A stretch of 41,785 bases of DNA from a plasmid, in the sequence record NZ_CP090413.1; one strand, written 5' to 3'. The notes below the pieces were generated by a model that did no database searches, was not told the DNA's origin, and was given only the letters and a program-made list of their open reading frames with translations. Every line of letters starts with the position of its first letter. The stretch's first letter is position 1. The translations under genes and the position numbers were made by a program. Positions 24,887 to 33,619 of the stretch are shown one piece after another.

Positions 24887-25857
24887 TGACAACGGCAATT
24901 GAATTTCAGCACGTCCAAAAAGACTTTAATGGGCAAACCGTGATTCCCGATTTGAATCTAATGGTCGATCAGGGTGAACTGTTCGTCCTAGTGGGCACCT
25001 CTGGCAGTGGCAAGACGACGTCGCTTAAAATGATTAATCGTTTGGAACCCTTAACGGCCGGAAAAATCCTGGTCAACGGGGCCGACACCACCACGGTACC
25101 AGTACGGGATTTGCGGTGGCAGATGGGGTACGTCTTGCAACAAATCGCTCTATTTCCAACTATGACGGTAGCACAAAATATCGCGGTGATTTCCGAGATG
25201 AAGGGGACGGCGAAGAAGACTATCAATCAAACGATTGACGAGTTATTGACGGAAGTCGGCCTGGACCCCCAAGAATACCGCGACCGGATGCCATCAGAAT
25301 TATCTGGTGGTGAACAACAACGAATCGGTATTTTGCGGGCAATCGCAGCGCAACCCGATATTGTGTTGATGGATGAACCGTTCAGTGCGCTGGACCCAAT
25401 TTCGCGGCAACAATTACAAGATCTAGTCCTAGGGTTACACGCCCGCTATCATAATACGATCGTCTTTGTGACCCATGATATGAACGAGGCGCTCAAACTA
25501 GGCGACCGCATTGGGGTCATGCAACATGGACAGCTCGTCCAAGTCGACACACCAACGGCACTGGCCCAACATCCGGTCAATGACTTCGTGCGGGACTTCT
25601 TCGGTGCGAGTCGTGCGAAAAACGTGTATGACGTTTACGTGGGCCGCGTCGGGCTCGTCCAAGGCTATCTCAAAACTGCGCCGGACGTGGCGGATGGCCG
25701 TATTCAGTCACTAGATATTCAGGCGACGTTGCGGACGGCCTTTACCGCCTTGACCGACCATGATTACTTGGCGGTCACGGAAGATGATCACGTGGTGGGT
25801 TACCTGGACCGACAACGGGTCGTCGCTTATCTGAGTCAGCATGAAGAAGTATCTTAG
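24886..25857 (+). CDS. ABC ATPase with C-terminal CBS-like module (OpuCA/EgtV-type)
   Basis: Walker A GTSGSGKTT, signature LSGGEQQRIGILRA, Walker B IVLMDEPFSALD, Q-loop and H-loop VTHD. An approximately 90-aa C-terminal extension remains. Confidence 0.85.
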   Translation: MTTAIEFQHVQKDFNGQTVIPDLNLMVDQGELFVLVGTSGSGKTTSLKMINRLEPLTAGKILVNGADTTTVPVRDLRWQMGYVLQQIALFPTMTVAQNIAVISEMKGTAKKTINQTIDELLTEVGLDPQEYRDRMPSELSGGEQQRIGILRAIAAQPDIVLMDEPFSALDPISRQQLQDLVLGLHARYHNTIVFVTHDMNEALKLGDRIGVMQHGQLVQVDTPTALAQHPVNDFVRDFFGASRAKNVYDVYVGRVGLVQGYLKTAPDVADGRIQSLDIQATLRTAFTALTDHDYLAVTEDDHVVGYLDRQRVVAYLSQHEEVS

Positions 25858-25952
25858 TCGTCAACTAGCCCGGATTACTTTAGACTAGGTGCTAGTTAGT
25901 GAACAATAATTTGATCATGAGAATTTAGGAGTCAATTGAGGAGGTCTCAGTA

Positions 25953-27284
25953 ATGACGGAACAATATGATGTCGTTGTAATTGGTGGTGGTCCGGCTGGT
26001 AACGCGATAGCAAGTGGCTTACAGGCGCAAGGTAAGTCGGTGCTGATCGTTGAAGCTGACTTATGGGGTGGTACTTGTCCGAACCGCGGGTGTGACCCGA
26101 AAAAAATCTTGTTGAGCGCCGTTGAAGCCCAACAGGCAGCCCAACATCTCCAGCATCAAGGCTTAACAGGAACACCGACGATTGATTGGCCGGCCCTGAT
26201 GGCGCATAAACGAGGCTATACCGATGGCATTAATGATGGCACGCTTAAGGGACTGCAGCACCAAGGCATCGCGACCTTACATGGTCAGGCCCATTTTCAA
26301 AACGACGGCCAGCTAGCAGTCGGTGACCAAGTCGTAAGTGCGACGGATTACGTGATTGCGACCGGACAACGCCCAGCAATTTTGCCGATTACCGGACAAG
26401 AATATTTCAAGACTAGTACGGACTTTTTAGATTTGGATGAGATGCCTAAGCGCGTGACTTTCGTGGGTGGGGGCTATGTTGGCTTCGAGCTGGCAGCGAT
26501 TGCGAATGCTGCCGGCGCCGATGTCCACGTGATTCATCATAATGACCGGCCACTCAAAGCCTTCGATGCGGACCTCGTCCAAGATTTGATGGCGACCATG
26601 ACTGCGGACGGTGTCACTTTTGACTTGAACACGGACCTCCAAGCCATCGAACAGACCGACGACGGCCTGCAATTGACGGCACCTGACTTTGAGCTGACGA
26701 CGGACCTCGTGATTAGTTCAGCGGGGCGGATTCCGAATGTGGACCAGTTAGGACTCGAAAACGTCGGTGTCACGTTTAACCGTCACGGGATTCAAGTGAA
26801 CGATCGACTACAGACGGCTAATCCGCATATTTACGCGATTGGTGACGTGAGCGATACGCCCGTACCTAAGTTAACGCCAGTAGCGGGTTACGAAGCGCGT
26901 TACTTGGTTCAACAACTGACCCAGCCGGGAGCGGCAATCACGTATCCCGTCATCCCGACCCAAGTCTTTGCTGTACCTAAGCTAGCACAAGTGGGCCTTA
27001 GTGCGACGGATGCGGCTGACCAGCCGGATAAATATCGCGTGAATACGCTGGATATGACCAAATGGTTCTCTTATTACCGTTTCGGCGCACGACAAGCACA
27101 GGCCAAGGTCATTATTGATCAGGCTAGCGGGCAAGTCGTCGGTGCGACACTGTTGAGTGATGTCGCGGATGAAATGATCAATTACCTGACGTTACTGATT
27201 GAAAAACACGTCACTTTAGCCCAATTACAACAACTCGTATTAGCCTACCCAACACCAGCCAGTGACCTGCAGTATCTGTACTAG
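25953..27284 (+). CDS. Glutathione-reductase-like class I pyridine nucleotide-disulfide oxidoreductase
   Basis: VVVIGGGPAGNA (FAD), redox CxxxxC GGTCPNRGCDPKK, second Rossmann VGGGYVGFE, and a dimerisation domain. Paralogous to 14100-15449. Confidence 0.8.
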   Translation: MTEQYDVVVIGGGPAGNAIASGLQAQGKSVLIVEADLWGGTCPNRGCDPKKILLSAVEAQQAAQHLQHQGLTGTPTIDWPALMAHKRGYTDGINDGTLKGLQHQGIATLHGQAHFQNDGQLAVGDQVVSATDYVIATGQRPAILPITGQEYFKTSTDFLDLDEMPKRVTFVGGGYVGFELAAIANAAGADVHVIHHNDRPLKAFDADLVQDLMATMTADGVTFDLNTDLQAIEQTDDGLQLTAPDFELTTDLVISSAGRIPNVDQLGLENVGVTFNRHGIQVNDRLQTANPHIYAIGDVSDTPVPKLTPVAGYEARYLVQQLTQPGAAITYPVIPTQVFAVPKLAQVGLSATDAADQPDKYRVNTLDMTKWFSYYRFGARQAQAKVIIDQASGQVVGATLLSDVADEMINYLTLLIEKHVTLAQLQQLVLAYPTPASDLQYLY

Positions 27285-27875
27285 CTAGCGAGAACTGGCA
27301 ACTGGTTGAAACACGGTCATGAATCGTGATTGAAACGGGCTAGTTCTTAAGTTCAAAAGCGGCCAGCTGAAAACTGCTGGAAAAAGTGCGTGTTCGTGTA
27401 AACTTGCAGTAATAGATTCGTCCTATTCCGGCTTCCAGGCATTCTGGGCAATAGCCGTGACGTGGTGGACACAGATTTAAGCCGAAACCCACGTCTTAAA
27501 TACTGGTCTTCCACGTTGCCCGCGATATTGCCGGAACGTGCTCGAGCCAGACTGGGACTTCCGGTTAGCTACGCCAGAACGCCAAGCGGAAATGCGCCGC
27601 TTAACGCTCTAGCTAGGCTAATCCTCAGTCCCAACCCGTCTGGACCTCACACTCTGAAAGTCACTTGGCCTTGCCCAGAATACCTTCCAGCCGGGATGGT
27701 ATTCGAAAGGCGGACATGTGTGGACTCAACTTTTAAAGAGTTGTTCGTTCACGTTTAGTAAACAGTCATTTTGATACCTAGCTGTAAAACTAGCCGTCAA
27801 TAAGCGCCATTCCGATATACTCGTATTGGCGAAAACTCAATATTACTGAAAGGGGCATGGATTTTCTTTAGTCGT

Positions 27876-27899
27876 CCAATAAGGTATACCCTATTGGCC
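27876..27899. other. Imperfect palindrome, putative crossover or binding site of the adjacent serine recombinase
   Basis: ccaataAGGTATACCctattgg(cc): two inverted half-sites around GGTATACC, 70 bp upstream of the recombinase start. The same half-site recurs inverted at 22775-22791. Confidence 0.4.
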
Positions 27900-27967
27900 T
27901 TTTCTATTTCTGTGCTATACTAGGAATTATAAATGTTCATTAGAACTGTCCAAAAGGAGAATTAAAA

Positions 27968-28552
27968 ATGGCTAAAATCGGTTATGCACGTGTGAGTTCC
28001 AAGGAGCAACATTTAGATCGACAGTTAGCGGCTTTAAAAGACGTTGATAAATTATTTGCGGATAAATTAAGTGGGGCTAACACTAAGCGGCCAGAACTGC
28101 AAAAAATGCTGGCCTATATTCGCGAGGGTGATATTGTCCTGGTCACTGAATTAGATCGCTTAGGCAGAAACAACCAGGATTTAACTAAGATCATGAACAC
28201 CATTCAAAATAAGGGGGCCACCCTAGATGTGTTAAATTTGCCGTCCATGACGGGAATTGCTGATCCTAACTTGCGTCAACTGATGACTAACCTCATCATT
28301 GAACTGTATAAGTATCAGGCGGAAAGCGAACGTAAGCGGATCATCGAACGTCAGCAACAAGGGATTGCCTTAGCTAAGCAGCAGGGTAAATATCATGGGC
28401 GCAAACCCCAATACACCCAAGACGATCCCCGCTTGCAACATGCTTTTAAGCTTTACCAGGCAGGCATGAGTGACATTGATGTGGCTCGAAATACTGGGAT
28501 TAAACGGACGACCTTTATCAGATATCGCAAAAAGTTTAATATAAAAAGATGA
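27968..28552 (+). CDS. Serine recombinase (resolvase/invertase family)
   Basis: MAKIGYARVSSKEQ (catalytic Ser region), DRLGRN motif, and a C-terminal HTH GIKRTTFIRYRKKF. 194 aa, RBS aaaggaga. Confidence 0.85.
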   Translation: MAKIGYARVSSKEQHLDRQLAALKDVDKLFADKLSGANTKRPELQKMLAYIREGDIVLVTELDRLGRNNQDLTKIMNTIQNKGATLDVLNLPSMTGIADPNLRQLMTNLIIELYKYQAESERKRIIERQQQGIALAKQQGKYHGRKPQYTQDDPRLQHAFKLYQAGMSDIDVARNTGIKRTTFIRYRKKFNIKR

Positions 28553-28684
28553 GACTTATATGTCAGTGACGTGTACCCCCAAAATTAAAAACCGTTTTTA
28601 TAAGCAGCAAAACTATTTTGAGAAAATGATGGGAATCATGTTAGAGTGGTATCATTTATTAATCGGAATGCAAACAACTGTGCT
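28303..28684. repeat. Direct repeat copy 1 (3' half of recombinase gene plus about 130 bp downstream)
   Basis: About 93% identical to 33031-33399 apart from a 17-bp indel. Confidence 0.75.
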
Positions 28685-28870
28685 TCTTACCATAGTTTTT
28701 CAGGAATAGCGGTTTTGCTAATTGATGACTTAATTCGAAGTAAGGACCTGCCGATAAATCAACATCCTACTATTTCATTTGGTGTTAATTTCTTTCTCTC
28801 GAATATAACCTATGCGTCAATTATAAAGTCTGGTCTACTGCAACGAGCTTTCTTGGCCCCTAAATCTAAA

Positions 28871-28919
28871 GAGAGCGTGTATTGAAATCCAAGGATTTCG
28901 ATACACGCTCTCGCTTTTT
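28871..28919 (+). terminator. Rho-independent terminator
   Basis: gagagcgtgtat-(18-nt loop, itself palindromic)-atacacgctctc-gcttttta: perfect 12-bp stem. Confidence 0.55.
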
Positions 28920-29144
28920 ACTACGTCTCCTTCTAGCAGAGATTAGAAATGAAAACAAAAATCCACTCGGCGCGACGAAGACGGCGGGTGAAAGTAGAAG
29001 GCCGGATTGGGCCTATCCCAGGGAAAGCAAGGCCTTGTAAAGGTCGTTGACCTTCGTGGGCATGTAGTCGTTCATCATCATGATCTGGTGGATGTCCCCT
29101 GGGAGTAGGTAGAGCCAGTGGCGAAAATCATGGAAACCATCCTT

Positions 29145-29771
29145 TCATTCTTGCGTATCTTCGGAAAGCCGGAAGGTATCGACGAACTGCTTGTATTCCG
29201 AGCTGGAAGTTCCAAAGGATTCGAGGCCATAGAGGCCAGCGGACGAGTAAACGACCTCTCGACGCATGATCACCGAGGGGTCCTCGCTATCGTGACCGGT
29301 GTAGGAAATGGCCATATGCCCGTCCACGGTGGTGAAGGAATACTTGTCAATCTGCAGAAGACGAGCGACATTGGTCAAAACCTTACGTTTCTGCGCGTCA
29401 TTGAACCCCTTGGAGTCCTCGACTTGCTTCCGAGTGAATTTGGTGACGGACACAGCGTAGTTGATGTGATCCTTGTCATTAACCGTCGAATAGCGGGCAT
29501 AAGCGCCGGTGGGATCCTTATAGGTGTCCTTCTCCGGAACGCCCGGGAAATAGACGGAATAGCCCAGATCCTTGGACGTGAACTTCTTCCAGTCCTGGGG
29601 GGCAGTGACGGAGGAAGTGGCTTTGTTCGCCGATGGGGCAGTCGACTGGGAGGAACCGCAGGCGGCCAGACATGTCGTGAAAGCCATCGTTGCTATGACA
29701 GCGGAAATCCGCCTGAAGAACCTTTTCATATCAAACCTATTTTTCTTTCTTGTCGTTTCTTGCTTTTTCAT
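29145..29771 (-). CDS. Lipoprotein of unknown function
   Basis: The signal peptide MKRFFRRISAVIATMAFTTCLAACGSS contains the lipobox LAAC. The probable start is the internal Met (MKRFF). GC-richer than its surroundings. The first 14 codons of the track ORF are in frame with the upstream toxin remnant. Confidence 0.6.
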   Translation of the reverse strand: MKKQETTRKKNRFDMKRFFRRISAVIATMAFTTCLAACGSSQSTAPSANKATSSVTAPQDWKKFTSKDLGYSVYFPGVPEKDTYKDPTGAYARYSTVNDKDHINYAVSVTKFTRKQVEDSKGFNDAQKRKVLTNVARLLQIDKYSFTTVDGHMAISYTGHDSEDPSVIMRREVVYSSAGLYGLESFGTSSSEYKQFVDTFRLSEDTQE

Positions 29772-29981
29772 TGTAACACCTTCTAAAGTATGAGGATAAA
29801 AATAATCTGGGATGGTTTTATCTTCAATTAAACACTGAATAATATATTTCCAAGGACTCCGCTTTTGATCATCAAGTTCTTGAGGTAGTGAACTTTTAAA
29901 TATTGAACGCCACTTGGGGTCTTGTCGCCGCTTTTTGAACTGTTTTTTAAAAGCTTTGGTATATTTAATTACTCTTGCCGT
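29772..29981 (-). pseudogene. RelE/YafQ-family toxin remnant (N-terminal approximately 70 codons, no start codon, C-terminus replaced)
   Basis: Minus-strand frame directly after the antitoxin stop reads TARVIKYTKAFKKQFKKRRQDPKWRSIFKSSLPQELDDQKRSPWKYIIQCLIEDKTIPDYFYPHTLEG. This parallels YafQ (IEYSGQYSKDVKLAQKR...LPAVYKDHPLQG) and then runs in frame into the lipoprotein ORF. Confidence 0.45.
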
Positions 29982-30275
29982 TTATTTTGAAGACTCCAAT
30001 GCGTCATCGGAGCTAAGCAATTGATCTAATTCTTTAAGGTTACGGGCTTCGGATAGCTTTTCTTTTCCAGATAGATCATCAATAACTTCTTGAATCGAAT
30101 TTTTTAACTGCCGATTAGGGATTGAATAATATTTAGGTAAACCATCATGAGCAACTGTTGTTAATGTCATGCGCATAAAATCAGAAATTGTTAGACCATG
30201 ATTAGCCAATACGTCTTTGGCTTTACTTTTAATAATTCCGTCAATTCGAGCTTCAATTCTTGCCATTCTCATCAC
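29982..30275 (-). CDS. RelB/DinJ-family antitoxin (orphan)
   Basis: 97 aa. GLTISDFMRMTLTTVAHDGLP matches the DinJ/RelB RHH N-terminus and the C-terminal acidic tail is typical. The cognate toxin downstream is truncated. Confidence 0.7.
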   Translation of the reverse strand: MMRMARIEARIDGIIKSKAKDVLANHGLTISDFMRMTLTTVAHDGLPKYYSIPNRQLKNSIQEVIDDLSGKEKLSEARNLKELDQLLSSDDALESSK

Positions 30276-30420
30276 CTCAGTAATATTGTACGTTATCTGG
30301 CGTACAAATCCAACCGTATTTAACTAGGTTAAACTCTTTACAGAACGAGCAAAGATTCTTACATTAAAGACAACCGTACAGCGTACAATAGCCTCATATC
30401 CCCGAGGTACCTTTTTTAAT

Positions 30421-32265
30421 TCAACTTTTTAATGACTTACGATCTGTCAACAAAGCAATCGGCGACAGAATCAATACAATCACCGCGCCTACTAAGTAGG
30501 TATGACTGAAGGCCTGGCTGATTTGTTGGTTCTTAGTATACTTAATTTTTCTCAAAGCTGTCGTTAAAGCTTCTTTTTGTGCCAATTGTTTGAGACCTAC
30601 TAACAATTTTTTCTGACCCTGGCTTATTTTCTGATTACCCAAATTAATTCTTTGAGAAGCTACTGACAGTTTAGATATAGCGGTATTTTGATTTTCTAAC
30701 TTGGTTAAGGTAAGTGCTAGTTGCTGGTTACCCGCTTTTAAGTTGTCAGTAGCTAGTGCTAACTTCTTCTGGGCTTGGTAGACCTGGTAAAGATCGGTTC
30801 CCTTTTGGGGCTGTGGTAAATCAACTCGAGATTTGGCCGCCTGTTTAAGGGCACGTCTTAGGTTCGTCTGTTCATTTTTAGTTGTTAATTGGGCTGATCC
30901 AGTAGTGGAAAATAGGCTATTCAATTGTTGATGAGCCACTTTGTTTACTTTGGGTGATAATTGCTGTCGATCAACGATTTGAATGGCATCTTGATGTATA
31001 TGCTGCTTAGCTGTATTGACATTATTATCAAGGACCGTCACTAGAATTGCAATTCCTAAACAGGTGCCAATTTGACGCGCTGCGTTAACAATTCCCGAAC
31101 CAATCCCACTTTTATTTTTTGGCAAATGTTTAACCGAGGCCACTAACGAAACCGAAGAGAACCCAAAACCAACACCGTTAATCACCAGAAAAGTAATGAT
31201 AACAGCTTTAGGCGTTGTGGTGGTGATAAATGACAAGAGGAGTAAACTAGCTGCCATGACTAAGAGACCAATCAAAGTAACCGGAACTGCGCCAACTTGA
31301 TCAAATAACTTAGTTCCCAAAGGCATCGCTACCATGATTGTTAAGGAAACTGGAACAATAATTAGGGCTGCATGTAACGCTGTATCATTCAGAACGTCTT
31401 GTAAAAAATAATTTAAAATCAGGGTGGGACTAACTAACGCAAAGCCAGTTAAAAAGTAAACTAAACTAGAAGCAGTTAAGGTTTTTTCACGGAACAAATC
31501 TAATTCAAGTAGCGGGTGTTTGACTTTGCTTTCGATAAAAATGAACAATCCAATAGCTAATACGCCGCCAATGAGTGTTCCTAAGATGATGCCCGATTGC
31601 CAACCATATTGGCGGCCTTCTAGTAGGCCAAAGGTTAAACCACCCAAGCCTAGTGTTAAAAGAATCGTTCCTGGTAAATCAATTCTCCCCGCCAAGGATT
31701 CGTCACATGATTCCCTTACCCCCATAGCTATAATTAGAAAGGCTACAATGGTTAAGGGGACATTAATGCCGAATACCCAGCGCCAAGAAGCATATTTAAT
31801 AATCACGCCACCAATCGGTGGCCCCCCGGCAGCGGCTAAAGCCGTTACCGCGCCCACAACGCTAGCAATTTTGGACATATACGCTTTGCCAAATATTTCG
31901 ATTCCCATTGGTAAGACAATCGGGGTGATAATGGCACCGCCTAATCCTTGAAAAAATCGAAAAGCAATCAATTCTGGTAACGACGTTGCCAGCATACAAG
32001 CCGCTGAAAAGCCGCCAAATAAGGCTAATCCTAATAACATAATTTTTTTACGACCATAACGATCAGCAATCTTTGAACCCGTGATCATAAACACGGCTAA
32101 GGCTAACGTATAGATGGTGGCAACCCAACTTGTATCAGTTAGACTGGCATCGAAATGGGTCATAATTTGGGGTAAAGCAATGTTGACGATGGTACTGTCT
32201 AAGGTACCCATAAACATCGCAATGGTTAGCCCGATGAAACTGATAATTTTAGTAACTTTTGACAT
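30421..32265 (-). CDS. MFS transporter, DHA2 (14-TMS drug:H+ antiporter) family, with an approximately 170-aa Q/L/K-rich insertion before the last TM
   Basis: Conserved MFS motif region (GSKIADRYGRKK), many TM helices, and a long predicted coiled-coil insert (KQHIHQDAIQ...ALRKIKYTKNQQ) followed by a final hydrophobic helix. Confidence 0.8.
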   Translation of the reverse strand: MSKVTKIISFIGLTIAMFMGTLDSTIVNIALPQIMTHFDASLTDTSWVATIYTLALAVFMITGSKIADRYGRKKIMLLGLALFGGFSAACMLATSLPELIAFRFFQGLGGAIITPIVLPMGIEIFGKAYMSKIASVVGAVTALAAAGGPPIGGVIIKYASWRWVFGINVPLTIVAFLIIAMGVRESCDESLAGRIDLPGTILLTLGLGGLTFGLLEGRQYGWQSGIILGTLIGGVLAIGLFIFIESKVKHPLLELDLFREKTLTASSLVYFLTGFALVSPTLILNYFLQDVLNDTALHAALIIVPVSLTIMVAMPLGTKLFDQVGAVPVTLIGLLVMAASLLLLSFITTTTPKAVIITFLVINGVGFGFSSVSLVASVKHLPKNKSGIGSGIVNAARQIGTCLGIAILVTVLDNNVNTAKQHIHQDAIQIVDRQQLSPKVNKVAHQQLNSLFSTTGSAQLTTKNEQTNLRRALKQAAKSRVDLPQPQKGTDLYQVYQAQKKLALATDNLKAGNQQLALTLTKLENQNTAISKLSVASQRINLGNQKISQGQKKLLVGLKQLAQKEALTTALRKIKYTKNQQISQAFSHTYLVGAVIVLILSPIALLTDRKSLKS

Positions 32266-32429
32266 CTATCAAGCGCTCCTTTCGGTAACAGATGAATATA
32301 AAGGAAACATTTGTTACCTTTATTTGCAGTCTTTAGTATAATTAGTCCTAAGCATTAAAACAATCCTTATTGGCTAAGTGCTACAGATTGCTATAATTTG
32401 TTACCGATAATAGAGGAGATGTTAATAAA

Positions 32430-33005
32430 ATGAACGGCAAGCAGCGAATGGCGGAGCAGTCTAAGCAATGGTTATGTGACGCCCTTATAAATTTAATGAC
32501 GAAAGAGAACTTTCAGGATATTTCTATTACTGAAATTGCCCAAACCGCTGAATTATCGCGAAAAACATTCTATCATTCTTTTAAAAATAAAGAAGCGGTC
32601 ATTAATTACCTGTGTGATCAGTTGTTCGATCAGTACTTTGAACAATTACTCCAGCAGAAACCGCAGGTAGGGGAACTGATGTTAAAAACTACTTTTGATA
32701 TTTTTTTAAATTTTTGGTGGCGAAAACGGGATTTAATTCAATTATTGATCCGCCAAGGCTTATTTGATCACATGAATGAAATTTGGCAGCAAAAAGCAAT
32801 CCCTCGTTATCAACAGTTTGCAGCTCCTTGGCATGTTCATGGCACTCCTACCCAAGTGAATTATGTGATGGCTTTTCAACTAGGTGGTTTAACTAATATT
32901 CTACGTGTCTGGTTAGGACAAGATCAGCCTGAGCCACCAGAACAAATTAAGGATCTAATGTTGTTGGCTGCTCAGCAATTAGCTGATAGTTTAAATACAA
33001 ATTAG
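32430..33005 (+). CDS. TetR/AcrR-family transcriptional regulator (divergent from the MFS gene)
   Basis: N-terminal HTH (ISITEIAQTAELSRKTFYHSFKNKE), 191 aa. Classic divergent regulator-pump arrangement. Confidence 0.75.
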   Translation: MNGKQRMAEQSKQWLCDALINLMTKENFQDISITEIAQTAELSRKTFYHSFKNKEAVINYLCDQLFDQYFEQLLQQKPQVGELMLKTTFDIFLNFWWRKRDLIQLLIRQGLFDHMNEIWQQKAIPRYQQFAAPWHVHGTPTQVNYVMAFQLGGLTNILRVWLGQDQPEPPEQIKDLMLLAAQQLADSLNTN

Positions 33006-33030
33006 ATTAGTTAGACAGAAACAATCAGGA

Positions 33031-33399
33031 CTCTATAAGTATCAGGCCGAAAGTGAACGTAAACGAATCATTGAGCGCCAGCAGCAAGGAATTGCCTTAG
33101 CTAAGCGACAGGGTAAATATCATGGGCGCAAACCCCAATACACCCAAGATGATCCCCGCCTGCAACATGCTTTTAAGCTTTACCAGGCAGGCATGAGTGA
33201 CATTGATGTGACTCGAAATACCGGGATTAAACGGACGACCTTTATCAGATATCGCAAAAAGTTTAATATAAAAAGATGAGACTTATATGTCAGATAAATT
33301 AAAAACCGTTTTTTATGAGCAGCAAAACTATTTTGAGAAAATGATGGGAATCATGTTAGAGTGGTATCATTTATTAATCGGAATGCAAACAACTGTGCT
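33031..33399 (+). pseudogene. Direct repeat copy 2: 5'-truncated recombinase gene relic
   Basis: Encodes ...LYKYQAESERKRIIERQQQGIALAKRQGKYHGRKPQYTQDDPRLQHAFKLYQAGMSDIDVTRNTGIKRTTFIRYRKKFNIKR* with no N-terminal catalytic half. Confidence 0.75.
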
Positions 33400-33541
33400 C
33401 AACATAGTTCTGGAAGTGTTTGTTGTTCCATTCTTCGATTGCATGCTTAGTAGCTTTCGATTCATCGTACACGTTTTTATTTTCAAGATTGTATTTGAAA
33501 ATAAAATGTTACCTTTTACCCTAGAAAGGTAACGCCAAAAG

Positions 33542-33577
33542 AAAAATTCCCAATGCATTTAGCAAAGGGAATTTTTT
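33542..33577. terminator. Bidirectional terminator downstream of pncA
   Basis: aaaaattccc-aatgcatttagcaaa-gggaatttttt. A second hairpin (gttaccttttaccctagaaaggtaac) lies at 33509-33535. Confidence 0.5.
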
Positions 33578-33619
33578 GTAATTAATTCGTGGTTTTTTTG
33601 ATAATCATTTGAAAGTGAA

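Noticed and set aside
27430-27690. Retron msr/msd interpretation of the long-range inverted repeat
   Set aside because: No reverse transcriptase gene downstream; the next gene is a serine recombinase.
27462-27758. 98-aa ORF in the GC-rich non-coding segment
   Set aside because: No RBS and a P/R/L-rich low-complexity product. The surrounding region has dense RNA-like helices, so it is treated as non-coding or decayed.
29118-29786. 222-aa plus-strand ORF
   Set aside because: Lies antisense to and fully overlaps the minus-strand lipoprotein gene, which has a signal peptide and lipobox. This is a long open frame typical of the GC-rich opposite strand, with no RBS and no recognisable motifs.
33287-33558. 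81-aa and 63-aa ORFs after the partial recombinase repeat
   Set aside because: They start inside the duplicated recombinase-downstream sequence and run through terminator hairpins, so are probably spurious. The homologous position after the intact recombinase (28560) gives only a 48-codon frame.
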